Below, one piece after another: positions 51,881 to 64,000 of a stretch of 64,000 bases of DNA. A model generated the notes under the pieces. It was given only the letters and a program-made list of their open reading frames with translations. It searched no databases and was not told the DNA's origin. Numbering within the stretch: position 1 is the stretch's first letter; every line of letters begins with the position of its first letter. Source of the DNA: Eledone cirrhosa (lineage: Eukaryota); assembly GCA_964016885.1 (NCBI GenBank), contig OZ024742.1:69874001-69938000 (forward strand), given 5' to 3'. A program made the translations under genes and the position numbers.

Positions 51881-53181
51881 CGCATACATGCACATTCTTT
51901 ACTAGAGATTCGGCTATTTTTAACAGTACCGGTATAAGGCTAGCAATTTGGAAGGTGAGAAAGTCAATTATATCGACCCCAATACTTAACTGATACTTGG
52001 GGTGAAACGCAAAGTTGATCACGGCGGGATTTTCACCCAGAGCGTAGAAATATCTAAATATTGCAATGTATTTTTCCAACGTTCTATCGATACTGCCAAT
52101 CGACTGCGTTAATCTTCCAAAATATAATATGAATGATTACTGCTAACCAAACGAGGTTCGAATTCGCAGTTTTCTGATTCAAAATTAGACGCCTTCTCCA
52201 TTAGTCTACGTAGCAGCCATCATGGTAATGGTGTTTCATAAATACTATAGATCAAAGAATGAAAAGATTGTTTTGACATATTTTTGTTGCTGTTTAACGA
52301 TAAGTCAGTACTGATCGGACAGAACTGTGATCATGACCTTTCCGTCTTTTTCCTATGTGCAAGGAGCCCAGAACCAAATTATACAGTGTTCTTTCCTAAG
52401 CTAATGTTGTGTGGTTTTAGGGAAATTTGTTTGGGATTTCTAGTAGGTCGAGTGACCATGTAGAGACCCCTTCGTTATTTCGTTTTATGTTCTTGATATT
52501 GTTGTTGCTGCTGTTGTTGTTGTTGTTGCTGTTGTTGTTGTTGTTGTTATTGTTGTTGTTGTTTAACATCAGGTTAGCTTTGACTGAGAATGCCTACTAC
52601 ATGCTGTTGGATACCAAAATACCAAAATGTGAATTATAGATCTCTTATTCCAGATATAATAAGTATCTGCTTAACGAAGAACTAGTAATGAATCTATGGA
52701 AATTACTGGAACATTCAGAGAGATAACAGCGATGGTAAATTTCTTTTAGTTTTTAACACACCAATAGAAAATAAACAACTTCCTATCCTATCGATTCAAT
52801 AATTCAATAATCATTTCAACATTAATGGGCAAGCAATATACATCTGAAAACACAAACTGTTTACATAAATATTTCGTTGTTAAATATATTTGCCATAGAC
52901 ACGGCAGAACAGAGCTTTAGTTAGTTTAAATTTGAAGTCTTTCTTAAGCTTTGAGGCTCAATGGGTTAGATCTTATCCCAGTTCCATGTGGCATTAAGTG
53001 ACTGAGAATAGAAGTCTTGATCTTGCAAAGGACACCGCAAAGTTAGCATCTAGATGCTGGTAATTATTTTTTCCGAACGAGTGAACTAAAGCGATGATTT
53101 TTCGAATCGAATCCACGGCCTTACGATAGTGAGTCAAGCATCCTTATCACTAGATCACACACCTAGTTTTTTGTTAGTTAC

Positions 53182-53259
<78 letters not shown>

Positions 53260-53261
<2 letters not shown>

Positions 53262-55850
53262 GTAGTTAAGCAAATCAAGACCACAAACTCACATAGAAGA
53301 CATTAGTCAAAGAGTATCAACATTAAGTGCAGTTTAATATAAAAAAGAGAGGATAATAATGTCAGTTTACAATTGTTTCACTACTCCATATAATATTTCC
53401 GGATCAATCGAATGGTAAGATCGTTATTGATTTGGTGCGGAGGAAGATAAGTAACATAAAATAATATTATGGAGCAGATCCTCGGAACTTGAGATGAGAT
53501 AATGAAATTATTAATATATATAAAGTAGAAATAAAAATAAAATAAGAGGGTTACGTGTCCGTAAAGAATCCTCAGATTAGCAGCTCCCTAGATGGGGTCC
53601 CTTGGCACTGGAGAACTCAAGTGTATGGTATAAACAAACATTACATATCTGTCGAGGCTGAAAGTAAACAATGCCGCCTATCGCATAACAAGATGGCTTC
53701 TTGTAGGAAAATTACCTTATTATATAGAGAGATGGGTTTCAAGGGAGGTAATTCCTTGAAAAGCCAAAGGCCCCGAATGAGAGTTGTAACCAAGATAATG
53801 CTAGGGAGGTAGCTTATAGGTATAGTCACAATGAGATTTGTAACTAAGATAATGAAAGGGATTTAACTTATAGGTGTTTATGTGGTGGACTAACGATGTC
53901 TTTAGTTTGTTAGTTATAGGGAGGGGCATGACTAAAGGATAGGCTAAGTTGGGTCGAATATTCTGTTAGCGAAGGACCTCGTTCTGCGGTGGTGGCAGTT
54001 GATGACCAACTCATTCCTGTCATTGATAGGAGGTGGCCTATACAAAGTTATGTGATAGGCCTCGGTAAGACAGAGGTCGCAAACATTTCTTCTCCCATTA
54101 AACGCTGGAGATCTAGCTAAGATATCCCAAGTTAGTGAAAGTTCAATGTTGGCTAGTTTAAGGTTTTTAATGAGCTTGGCTAGAGAAGTTGAGCATCTAT
54201 GGCTAGGGTCGTGGAAGGAAAATGAGTGCGCATTATAGCGGACCTTAAATGGGTTAGATGTAGAGCCAATATAAGAGCTAGTAGATGAGGCCGTTCTAGC
54301 CATGCACCTATATACGATATTGGGCATAAGGCACTGCCCATTAAGCGGGAACGCAGTGGGGTTACGGCAGGTGCAATTACGATTGCGATTAGTAGGAGTA
54401 GGGTTGTTTAAACTATGCGGCTGATGTGTACTAATGGGATTGGAGGGGGGAGTTCTGCTACTAGGATGAGTATTGGTATGGTTGCATGGGGGGGGCAGAG
54501 GAGGAGTTATATTTTTTTAGTTTATGATGGTTGCTGAATGCGATGTGGCTAGCTAGGTTCGGTGTAGTGGAGAAGGAGAGTTTAATATTGTTTTTATTAA
54601 AGAGTTTGTAATATATATGGTGGGGGGGGGGGTAGATAGGATGGAGAAGAAACATTTAGGGATGTTAGTAGCTAAATTAGATGAGAAAGCGGGGGTTAAG
54701 CCAGGTGATTTTTCTAGGCCTGTTACTTCTATGGGGTCTAGCAGAATTGGCAGGGGCATTAATAGGGTTAATATTGCCAAGGTGTCTGCCAATGGTGAGC
54801 CTATTAACATTTCGTATTCTAGCGTTGATTCTGAATCTGCTGCTAGGAGTAGGGAGTAGGCCTCTGCCACTATTACGATTACTTGTATAGGTATTGGTAG
54901 GCCTAAAATTCCGGCAAATCTGGCTAATTGCTAATGTGTTTCTAGTTCTAGTGTTAAAGTTATTGGGGTTGTGGTGAAGTTCTGTTATGACTTTTAGGTA
55001 TGTAGTAGATAGACTGTGCATAACCAGATTCAGAAAGGGCCTTATTATAATATGCTGCATGGGCATTAAATATCTCCTCATTGGCGGATAGCATGGAAAT
55101 CCTATATGAGATCGAATTAATGACCGCTCTGATGACTGCCGGTGGATGGTTAGAGTACGGGCTAATATAAGTATCTCACCTGGTTTATGATAAGGGTAAT
55201 ATAAATTATTAGTAAGATTAAGGGTGATATCCAGGAAATTCACTACCTTATGGTTAGGTTCGATGGTAATAGATAGACCGTTATTTAAAAAAAAATCTAT
55301 GTAGTTATTTTTTGAGCAATTCAATGCCACGATCCGTGCAATTGTGGACTGCAAATAGGGTGTCGTCCCTATATAATCCACCTTGCAAAAGTGGGAGCTC
55401 AGCTCTAATGTTGTGTAAGAAGTAAATTCCAACTAAGTCTGTGACTTGCGCAGAATCGCTAGAGCCCATTGTGATATCAAAGTTATCCGTTCTGTCCTTT
55501 TTTGTCCAGAATGGGCCCTTGAACTCAATAATGGTCTGCCTAGCCATAAGGATGATGTCAATCTCTTTATTAGTTATGTCCGAATTAGTGCAAGCTAGGG
55601 TTAATGCTTTGTTAAGCAGTGCCGTGGATATAGAAGCGTAGTAACTGTCAATGTCGAATTGGAGAAACCTCATCGAGTCTGTGGACCCAAGATCTGAGAA
55701 CTATCTAATGACTTGGCCGGTGTTAGACCACAGTTTATAGATGATACCGTCTCCATCCCAGGGATGATCCTATCGAGAATGTTCTTGCTGATACGACCCA
55801 AGTCAGGGGTGGTTGGGCTAATAAGCCTAATAGAAGGGTTCTCAATAAAG
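53260..55850 (-). mobile_element. Penelope-like element, Naiad-type (RT + C-terminal GIY-YIG), 5'-truncated, frameshifted, inside (TA)n
   Basis: RT FLQFDIDSYY, ITMGS, GLYRDD, VNFLDITLNL; linker RKITWLNP. Endonuclease CTCRN..PLNGQCL..NIVY..YIGST..FKVRY..H..CDLCLTE..NDRNEL..CHH. (TA)n at 53184-53258 and 55853-55869. Confidence 0.88.
53364..53489 (-). ncRNA. Hammerhead fold in the PLE 3' region: U4C core, 99-nt stem II
   Basis: AGTT CCGAGGA T CTGCTCCATA...TATGGAGTAG T GAA ACAATTGT A AACT. Confidence 0.7.
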
Positions 55851-55907
55851 TTATATATATATATATATAGCAGACACGAGAAAACAGAATGTGGTGTAGA
55901 TATATTG

Positions 55908-56060
55908 ATTTCTAATTTAGGCACAAGGCAAGCAATTTTTAAGCGAGGAATGAAAGTCCATTAAACCGACCAGTACTTTACTGGTATCATATTTTATCGA
56001 ACCCTGGGATTTGAAATCAGAACCTAGAGGGTCGTAACAACTATCTTCAAAGCATGTTTT
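55908..56060 (-). mobile_element. Decayed SINE (major family)
   Basis: GGCACAAGGC..CTGGTA..TTTTATCGA..GGGATTTGAAATCAG. Confidence 0.7.
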
Positions 56061-56926
56061 TTGTAGATATAAAAATGCGATTAACAGTAGTCTGAAAATT
56101 ATATTCTATCCTCAGCTCTCTATAAAAATTATTATAACTTTCTTCGATATATGCTTCAATTCTCCTCAATTGGAAATTTGTTAAATTTTTAGTCAAATGT
56201 TTCGTCAAAATTTTACATTAAATGTTTATCAAATTTTGTTAAGTACACTTAGATCTTTCTCTTTGTCTTTTTTTAAAGTCAATTTACATTCTTAATAATG
56301 GCAACTTAACTTCCCAGCTAAAATGGGAGTTCTATCTGACGAAACTTCGAAAGATATTAAAATAATATCAATAAACTTAAATAAACCACTGGCGAGTGCC
56401 AATGAGGGAGAGGTAAGTAACCTTTCGGCAAAACAGGCGTGCGACGCAGTTTCTACCCAAGTTTGAAGAAATTTCTCTTCACTTACACTGCTATAGCCCT
56501 TGGGAGATGTATACCAAAGCTTTTTTATATATACATTTTATGTATAAATTCAAAGACAAATCAAAATTTAATAAACCCTTACATATATATCAAACGATGT
56601 CAAAAAATGTGTGTTTTTTCCCGCTTATTTTACCGCCTGCACATGGCGTCTGACTTACAGAAGACGGTGGGGTGTAATTACATAGTGGACACAGTTGGAC
56701 CGGAAACAACACAGTTAACAAAATGGTGGGGGGTAATTGGACACACAGACTATTTGCTGGATTTCCTTATCAAACGTATCTTAACGTATGTCTGTGTGCG
56801 CTTGTGTGTGCGTCTGCGTGCGGATGAGGGTTTATATTTGTGGTTATTTGTATGTATATATGCGTGCTTGAATCTGTGGTTATAAGTGTGTGCTTCCGTA
56901 TATAGATATGAATATATATATATGTG

Positions 56927-56967
<41 letters not shown>

Positions 56968-56991
56968 TTATTTATTAAAATAACAGATTAA

Positions 56992-57039
56992 AGTTTAAGC
57001 AGAGAATCGCTGCTTTCACCCTTAACAGGATCTTCTGAA
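56992..57039 (-). ncRNA. Third copy of the CAGAAGA hammerhead-like family, stem I clipped by (TA)n
   Basis: Matches 5635-5685. Confidence 0.45.
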
Positions 57040-57112
57040 TATATATATATATATATATTTATTAAAATAACAGATTATTATATATATATATATATATACA
57101 TGTATAAATATA

Positions 57113-57418
57113 TATATCAACTAGAAATTGATTGACATATATATATATTTAAAATAAACACATGAAACAATCACAGGGGATAATTTGTAAAGTGTGTAAT
57201 CACACATAGCTAGGTAGGTAACTAATTAAAGTTTAACTAGAGCTTCAAATAATACCTTTAATCATTTTTTAAAAGGTAATATTTGAAGCTCTAGTTAAAC
57301 TTTAATTAGTTACCTACCTAGCTATGTGTGATTACATACTTTACAAATTATCCCCTGTGATTGTTTCATGTGTTTATTTTAAATATAGATATATGTCAAT
57401 CAATTTCTAGCTGATATA
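57113..57418. repeat. ~305-bp imperfect palindrome next to (TA)n
   Basis: TATATCAACTAGAAATTGATTGAC ... GTCAATCAATTTCTAGCTGATATA. Confidence 0.93.
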
Positions 57419-57532
57419 AAATGCTCGGATCTATTCATTGGAATCTTTGTGCTTATTCTACGGTGGATATGGCGCATGTCTCGGACATGACTCCCTTAAT
57501 TTAATTTAATTTAATTTATTTCGGATATATAA

Positions 57533-57563
<31 letters not shown>

Positions 57564-57791
57564 TATATATATATATGTGTGTGTGTGTGTAATATATATT
57601 AGTGTTGCTGTGTACATATAAGTACATACATTTTTCCGTGTTAAGAGTTATGTAAAATATGTTGTTTATTGTCGAGTAATATTATTTTTTGTTATTTTTA
57701 TTGTTGCAGCAGTTTACGATATTGTTGCATTTATTACTGTTGTCATTGTTGCTGTTCAGAGAATAACCTTTGTCAAGTACATACGCACACA

Positions 57792-57887
<96 letters not shown>

Positions 57888-58023
57888 GTAATAATAAATT
57901 TAAAGACTAAAATCCAAAGAGGGCTCGATAAGGATAAATATATATCAAATATATAAGAACCGTAGAATATATATATATATATATATACACACACGCAAAC
58001 ACACATAGATAGGAACATAGATG

Positions 58024-58087
<64 letters not shown>

Positions 58088-59541
58088 TATTTCTTTATTA
58101 GCCACAGGGGCACAAAAGAAGGGGACAAATACAAAGGGGGAAGTTTACATACAATAAAAACGTGTAAAATGTTATCACAGATGGAATTTAAAAGTTAGTC
58201 GATTTTCCCCAATAGAGGGAGACAGTTTATATGGGTAACACATACCCCCGAAAAAAATGTGCAACCCTCATCTCCAGGAGTACGAAGAGCTTGTACTCCT
58301 TTCCTCTCCTCCTCCTTTTCCTCAATCTACAGGCTGATATAGAGAGAAGGCCCATTCACTCGGGCCATTCTCGCCACTTTCACCCACCTTTCATAAAACT
58401 TGCTGGGGTACAGCACCTCTCTCTCCATCCTGATTCTTCTTCCAAAGTGGTATTTGAAAAAAAGAATCAGTTGTTGGCCGGAGAGAAAGGTGTCTGACCT
58501 CAGCCCTTTCAACCTTGTCCACCATACAACCTCTTTCGCCATAGCTATCACACAAAGGAAAACCGCCTCTCCTTCGTTTTTGAAGGAGGGTGGCGGTTTG
58601 ATCATGACAATGGACTCGGTGGTCAACTGGATTGGTCCCACCCGCGACAATAGTCGTTCTACATAGCCCCACAGGTCAGTGACGCCCGGGCAGTGTATGA
58701 ATGCGTGCGCGACGGTTTCTTCGTCTCGCACGCACCTCGGACAGATATTTTTTGCAGGGTCCCTGCCCGGGCGCCCATGTCTGTAGAGCTTGTCTCGAAC
58801 TGGTAGAGCTCCTCGGTAGCATTGCCAGGCCAGGGACTTTTGGAAGTTGTCCATCGGTCCCGGGCGGAAGGTCCTACCGAACAGACTGGCCAGTTCATCT
58901 TCCTCCACGCCTAGAGTTTCACCGAGCGCGTCGTCGCACTTGCTGCGGACCAACCCTCTATAGAATGACGAAGTGGAGTCTCCACTGATCGCCGGGTCCG
59001 CCTGCCAGAGGGCTGTGAGCACCTGAGCACATTCGATGTGCCAGTCGCCCATTTTCCTCGGTCTCTGCTTGACCCAGGACTGCAGCTCGGTCAGTGAGAC
59101 GAGTCGTGGGAAGGCTCGCCTCACGAACGGGGCCCACACCGGTTGTCCGGTGAGGAATACGTAGAGATGCCGCAGCCTGAGCGCGTGTTTGCGCATCGTC
59201 AACCACGGCATCCCCAGCCCTCCGTTAGAAGGGTGTTGGCAGCAGATGGATCTTCTTACCAAAGGAGCCCGCCTCTTCCAAAGGAATCGGAAGAGGGCGC
59301 GCTCCATTTTGGCGAGCGTTTTGGCTGGACAAGGCACGACGGTCAAGCGGTAGTAGATGGCGGACGCTATAAAAGTGTTCGCCACCTCCGCTCGACCTTT
59401 CAAGGATAGTTTGCACTCGGCCCACTTCTGGGTGAGTGCAAACACCTTGGCCGTCACTTCGTTCCAGTTCTTCTCCACCTGGAGGTCCGGACCAAACCAG
59501 ACCCCGAGCAGCTTTACCGGTCCTTCCGTCCAGCGTCCGAC
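58088..59541 (-). mobile_element. 5'-truncated Tx1/L1-like LINE (open ORF2 C-terminus + 3' UTR) flanked by (GATA)n on both sides
   Basis: ORF 58327..59643 from VGRWTEGP has GGLGMP and CPRC..ETVAH..C. (GATA)n at 58017-58086 and 59542-59615. Confidence 0.94.
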
Positions 59542-59616
<75 letters not shown>

Positions 59617-59849
59617 GGTAAACTTATGAGAGTGTAAACACATTTCAGATCTTGCCGTAAAAAGTAGATACTGTGTTTTATTTCTGTAACTTGGAAACTG
59701 AGATTGTCCTGAATATTTCCAAGGTCTTGAATCACCTCATCAGAGATCGTTTTCTGTTTTCCTTTTTCCTCACCACTAAAGAACAGTAACCTACAGCAAT
59801 TTTTAGTATGTTTGAACAGAACTAAATTAGTTTGCATTAATTTACACGT

Positions 59850-60031
59850 GGATTGGCAGTATCGGTAGAGGGTCGGACGCCATGCTTTCCAGCATAGTTA
59901 CGTCCCTTTACGATCTGAGTTCAAATCCCGCCGAGGTTAACTTTGCCTTTCATCCTTACGGGGTCGATAAAATAAAGTACCAGTAATGCGCTGGGATAAT
60001 TGCTGGCCTTGTGCCTAAAGTAGAAACAATT
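59850..60031 (+). mobile_element. SINE (major family), full length
   Basis: Family consensus. Confidence 0.93.
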
Positions 60032-60512
60032 AATTTACACAAGACTAGTACATTAACGTATTCAATTAATTAAAAAGCACAAGCACATGAGGATGCTTGG
60101 ATAAATATATATCGATACACCGTATAGTGCTTATATCAAATCAGCATCTTGTAATAATTTAGCAGAAAATATCGAAAACTAGATTTGTTAATTCAAATAT
60201 TTATAGTATATTTATTAGTGGACGGATTGTTGTGAAAACTTTGAAGTATTAGACTAGGAACTTTGAAACTTGTTATATTGTTTTCCTTTTCAAAAATCGC
60301 TTCATATAGTAAAGGGCATAAAGAATTAATACACACACAAGTATATATATGCTTATATATAATTTACATTTTGTCCGCACTTCTTATATGGATAGCTCGC
60401 ATGTTGAGTGAGTAATTTGAGAGTAGCCAGACTATGGAAATAGTTTTCCTATCGTCCTGGTAACTATCATATATATATGTGAGAAAAACCACAGACCCTC
60501 CATCTCAACTCA

Positions 60513-60550
60513 CCTTTTGAAAAGCAGAAGAACTGTGAAACCGGTAAAGG
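60513..60550 (+). ncRNA. Second copy of the U3-A8 hammerhead fold
   Basis: CCTT TTGAAAA GCAG aagaa CTGT GAA ACCGGT A AAGG (G.U at the base of stem II), in a ~210-bp repeat between (TA)n tracts. Confidence 0.62.
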
Positions 60551-60681
60551 AACCAAATAAATGTATATATTTTTTTAAAAAATAAGACTCCAGTTGCATT
60601 TTCGATTTCATCTCTTTTTCTTTATACTTTCACTCGTGTAGGACACCTCGGTTATTTTTCAATTTGTAAAAAAAACCTCAC

Positions 60682-60763
<82 letters not shown>

Positions 60764-61216
60764 AGGGGGTGTAACTTATATATATATATATATATATATG
60801 AAAAAATGTTGTCCTTCATCAGTGATCTTCCAAATATGTGTAAATATGAAAATAAGGGCGCTGCGGAGTTGCAAATGGGTTACATATGAAAAAAGTTTGT
60901 CCTTCATCAGTGATCTTCCAACCATCATAGGCATTTCATCGCTTTAAAGACCATATACCTCCGGTTGGTGCGAGCAACGGCTAAAAAAAGACGTTGGGAC
61001 ACGTAAATAAAGGGGACGCGAGGGTAAACAAACAAAATGGTGAAGCAACAGAAAGTGAGGAAGAAAGAGACAAGTCCCAGATTTCTATGAATTTAAATTC
61101 GGTGAAATCGTGAACGAGAGAATAAAGACCATCAAACCTGGTTGAAATGTGAGCAAGGAAGGAATTTCGCACAGGTCTAACAGGAGGAAGAAGGGGTCTG
61201 GTCTGCGAATTCGGTA

Positions 61217-61312
<96 letters not shown>

Positions 61313-61510
61313 GCGGTAAAAACCAGGTAGACCATAACCCACCAGAGCACTCGATACTTGGGGTAGTAAAGTGGATGATATGAAGTGATTCAGGACCCGT
61401 TCGGATCTAGCTGTCGAAATGGCCGGAGCTCAGCCGTCGGGGTCCTGAATCTTTTCATATATTCATATATATATATATATATATATACAATGATATTATA
61501 TATATATATA

Positions 61511-61755
61511 CAATGATATTAAATAAATGGAAACTATATTTATAAAACCATATTTATTTTATTATATATATTTCAAGGGTACCAAGACAACATTGGTACG
61601 CTTTCATCAGATAAATGGGTACGGCTTTATTTATAAAACAAACTTTGTATTTTTATTTGATGAAAGCGTACCAATGTTGTCTTGGTACCCTTGAAATATA
61701 TATATTAAAATAAATAGGTTTTATAAATATAGTTTCCATTTATTTAATATCATTG
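61511..61755. repeat. ~245-bp inverted repeat carrying a hammerhead fold in each arm
   Basis: CAATGATATTAAATAAATGG ... CCATTTATTTAATATCATTG. Confidence 0.92.
61558..61615 (-). ncRNA. Minimal type I hammerhead, canonical core
   Basis: TTTAT CTGATGA AAG c GTACCAA tgttgtc TTGGTAC c CTT GAA ATATATAT A ATAAA. The opposite arm (~61652-61710, +) has TTGATGA. Confidence 0.68.
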
Positions 61756-61873
61756 AATATTTACTCCAGTTATTTGTTGAGTGCTCTAAATCAGTTATAA
61801 ACATTTATATTTGTCTGACTTCCAACAAATTAAATACCCCTTCTACTTATATATATATACATACATATACGTA

Positions 61874-61914
<41 letters not shown>

Positions 61915-62035
61915 ATATATATATGTATGCATATATATATATATATGTGTATAGATATATGTGTGTATATATATGTATATATATGTATATATATTTATAT
62001 ATATATATAAAAGTACATGTCCATTCAGTCAGCCA

Positions 62036-62093
<58 letters not shown>

Positions 62094-62475
62094 TGACTGA
62101 ATGGACACGTACTTTTTCTCAAAAGAAAATTTACGTCCTCCCTCTTTTCACTCTATATTTCTCATTCTATTTTCTGAATGACAGACTAGTGCCCGGAACA
62201 TAAAGACGCAGGGTGTCCGACGCTCTACCGATTCTGCCAATCTACCGCTAAATAATATGAATAAATAGAATCGTTAATTTATATATAATAAATATTATAA
62301 TATATACTATATTATATATTTTTTTATTTTACTATATTTAATATACTGTTATATTAAACCACTCCCTTAGTCCCTAGCACCCCCTGGACCTCTCAAGCTG
62401 CCCCGGGGGGGGGGGGGGGAGTCACTTTGAGAACCTCTGATTTAATGCGTTATTAAAACTAGATAGTCTATAAAA

Positions 62476-62659
62476 TATTGTTTCTACTTTTAACACATGC
62501 CAGCAATTATTCCAGTGTATTACTGGTACTTTATTTTATCGACACTATAAGGATGAAAGGCAAAGTTAACTTCGGCGGGATTTGAACTCAGGCCGTAAAG
62601 GGACGTAACTCTGTGTTGAAAAGCATGGCGTCCGACCCTCTACCGATACTGCCAATCCA
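62476..62659 (-). mobile_element. SINE (major family), full length
   Basis: Reverse complement of the family consensus. Confidence 0.92.
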
Positions 62660-63118
62660 AAATATTGGCATATATTCTGCGACAAAATAAGTTTTGAAAT
62701 TATTATTTTTGACTAAAATCCCTCGACATATTTCATGTTCTCCTCCTGTACATAAACACCTACAAATATATTCAGTATGTCACTTGTACCAACAATTTAC
62801 ATTGACCCAGAATGGCGCTGGTAGGATAAGGTTCGTTTAGTTTACATAAATATCAGAGTAAATGTTAAGGGATATTAAAGGGCATTTGTATAACATAAGT
62901 ATTCCTGTCGTATATATATTTATACATAAGTATGTGCGCATGTGTGAATACATGCGTGTATGTCTGTACTGTAGTCATGCGTGTTTACCTAGTTCTGTCC
63001 CTTGATGCCAAAACCTTAACTTGGTGATTCTATGTATTACAGATCGATGAAATACGTACCGGAATGGAACCGTACTGGAGCAATATAATTGAGTACACAC
63101 GCGCAAACACAGACATAA

Positions 63119-63198
<80 letters not shown>

Positions 63199-63593
63199 AC
63201 AACTACAGTCGGTAGATTAATTTATCAACTAACGTTTCTTTACTTGAATAATATATATAACTCTTTTAAGCGTGAAACTAAGAAGACTTTATGTTAATGC
63301 ATCCTCTTGTTTGTTTCTTGTATGCTTGATATATATATATATATACACAAATATATATGTGAGTGTGTGTATGTATATGTATATATATTTTTACATACAT
63401 ATGTATATATATATTTGTATATGTATATATATTTATATGTATATATATTTTATATATATTTTATGTATATATATTTTATATATATTTTATATATATGTAT
63501 ATATATTTTGTATATGTATATATATGTATATGTATATATATGTTTACATACATATGCAAATATATAATATAATTGATGCTTCTATAGGGGCGG

Positions 63594-63775
63594 TGGATTG
63601 GGAGTATCGGTAGAGGGTCGGGCGCTATGCTTTGCAGCATAGAGTTACGGCCCTTTACTCTCTGAGTTCAAATCCCGCAGAGGTTAACTTTGCCTTTCAT
63701 CCTTTTGGGTCGATAGAATAAAGCACCAGTAATTCACTGGGATAATTGCTGGCCTTGTGTCAAAAGTAGAAACAG
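63594..63775 (+). mobile_element. SINE (major family), full length
   Basis: Family consensus. Confidence 0.92.
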
Positions 63776-64000
63776 CTATCTGTGTGCGTGATGGAGATGA
63801 TAATATTTATACTAAGTTGAACTTTGATGAGTCGTCATTCGGAGGTCCTGTTATCATTGCCTCATTGAAGCAATATTTTGGTTTTTACGGAGGCTGAGGT
63901 TGAACATGGCGTTTGAAATATAGGGGTAGTTTCATTGGGAAACAGAGGAGAAGGAAGGAGAGAGAGAGGGGGAGGGGTGGGGGCGGGGGGAAAAAAAGAA

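Noticed and set aside
53944-55850. Selenocysteine (in-frame TGA) recoding, as reported for some Naiad elements
   Set aside because: No TGA seen at the conserved Cys positions; the disruptions are frameshifts.
56333-56365. CTGACGA..GAAA hammerhead candidate
   Set aside because: Stems I and II do not form.
59714-59746. Minus-strand CTGATGA GGT..ACC ttg GAAA fold
   Set aside because: Three extra bases before GAAA and marginal stems; overlaps a possible exon.

Overview
Eukaryotic, AT-rich, microsatellite-saturated, transposon-dominated DNA with no prokaryotic features. The tRNA-derived SINE family, the repeat landscape and the TE mix suggest a cephalopod (Octopus-like) genome; this is inference. 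Mobile elements: several decayed Tx1/L1-like LINEs (two near full-length), CRE-like LINEs with a restriction-like endonuclease, a Naiad-type Penelope-like element (RT + GIY-YIG), RTE and R4/Dong remnants, non-autonomous Helitrons plus a RepHel helicase fragment, a hAT-like MITE and about 15 SINE copies. Host-like sequence is limited to a gustatory-receptor-like multi-TM ORF truncated by a LINE, and a 5.3-kb array of 87-bp repeats that is stop-free on both strands. The most striking unexplained layer is more than 10 long inverted repeats, mostly at (TA)n tracts, associated with about 10 type I hammerhead-ribozyme folds from unrelated sequence families. Several have non-canonical cores (U3-A8 compensation, U4A, U4C, U.U at the base of stem II, a 99-nt stem II). 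Tx1-like subfamilies also appear to target different microsatellites, (GATA)n versus (ATT)n. All folds and boundaries were read by eye, with no searches run.
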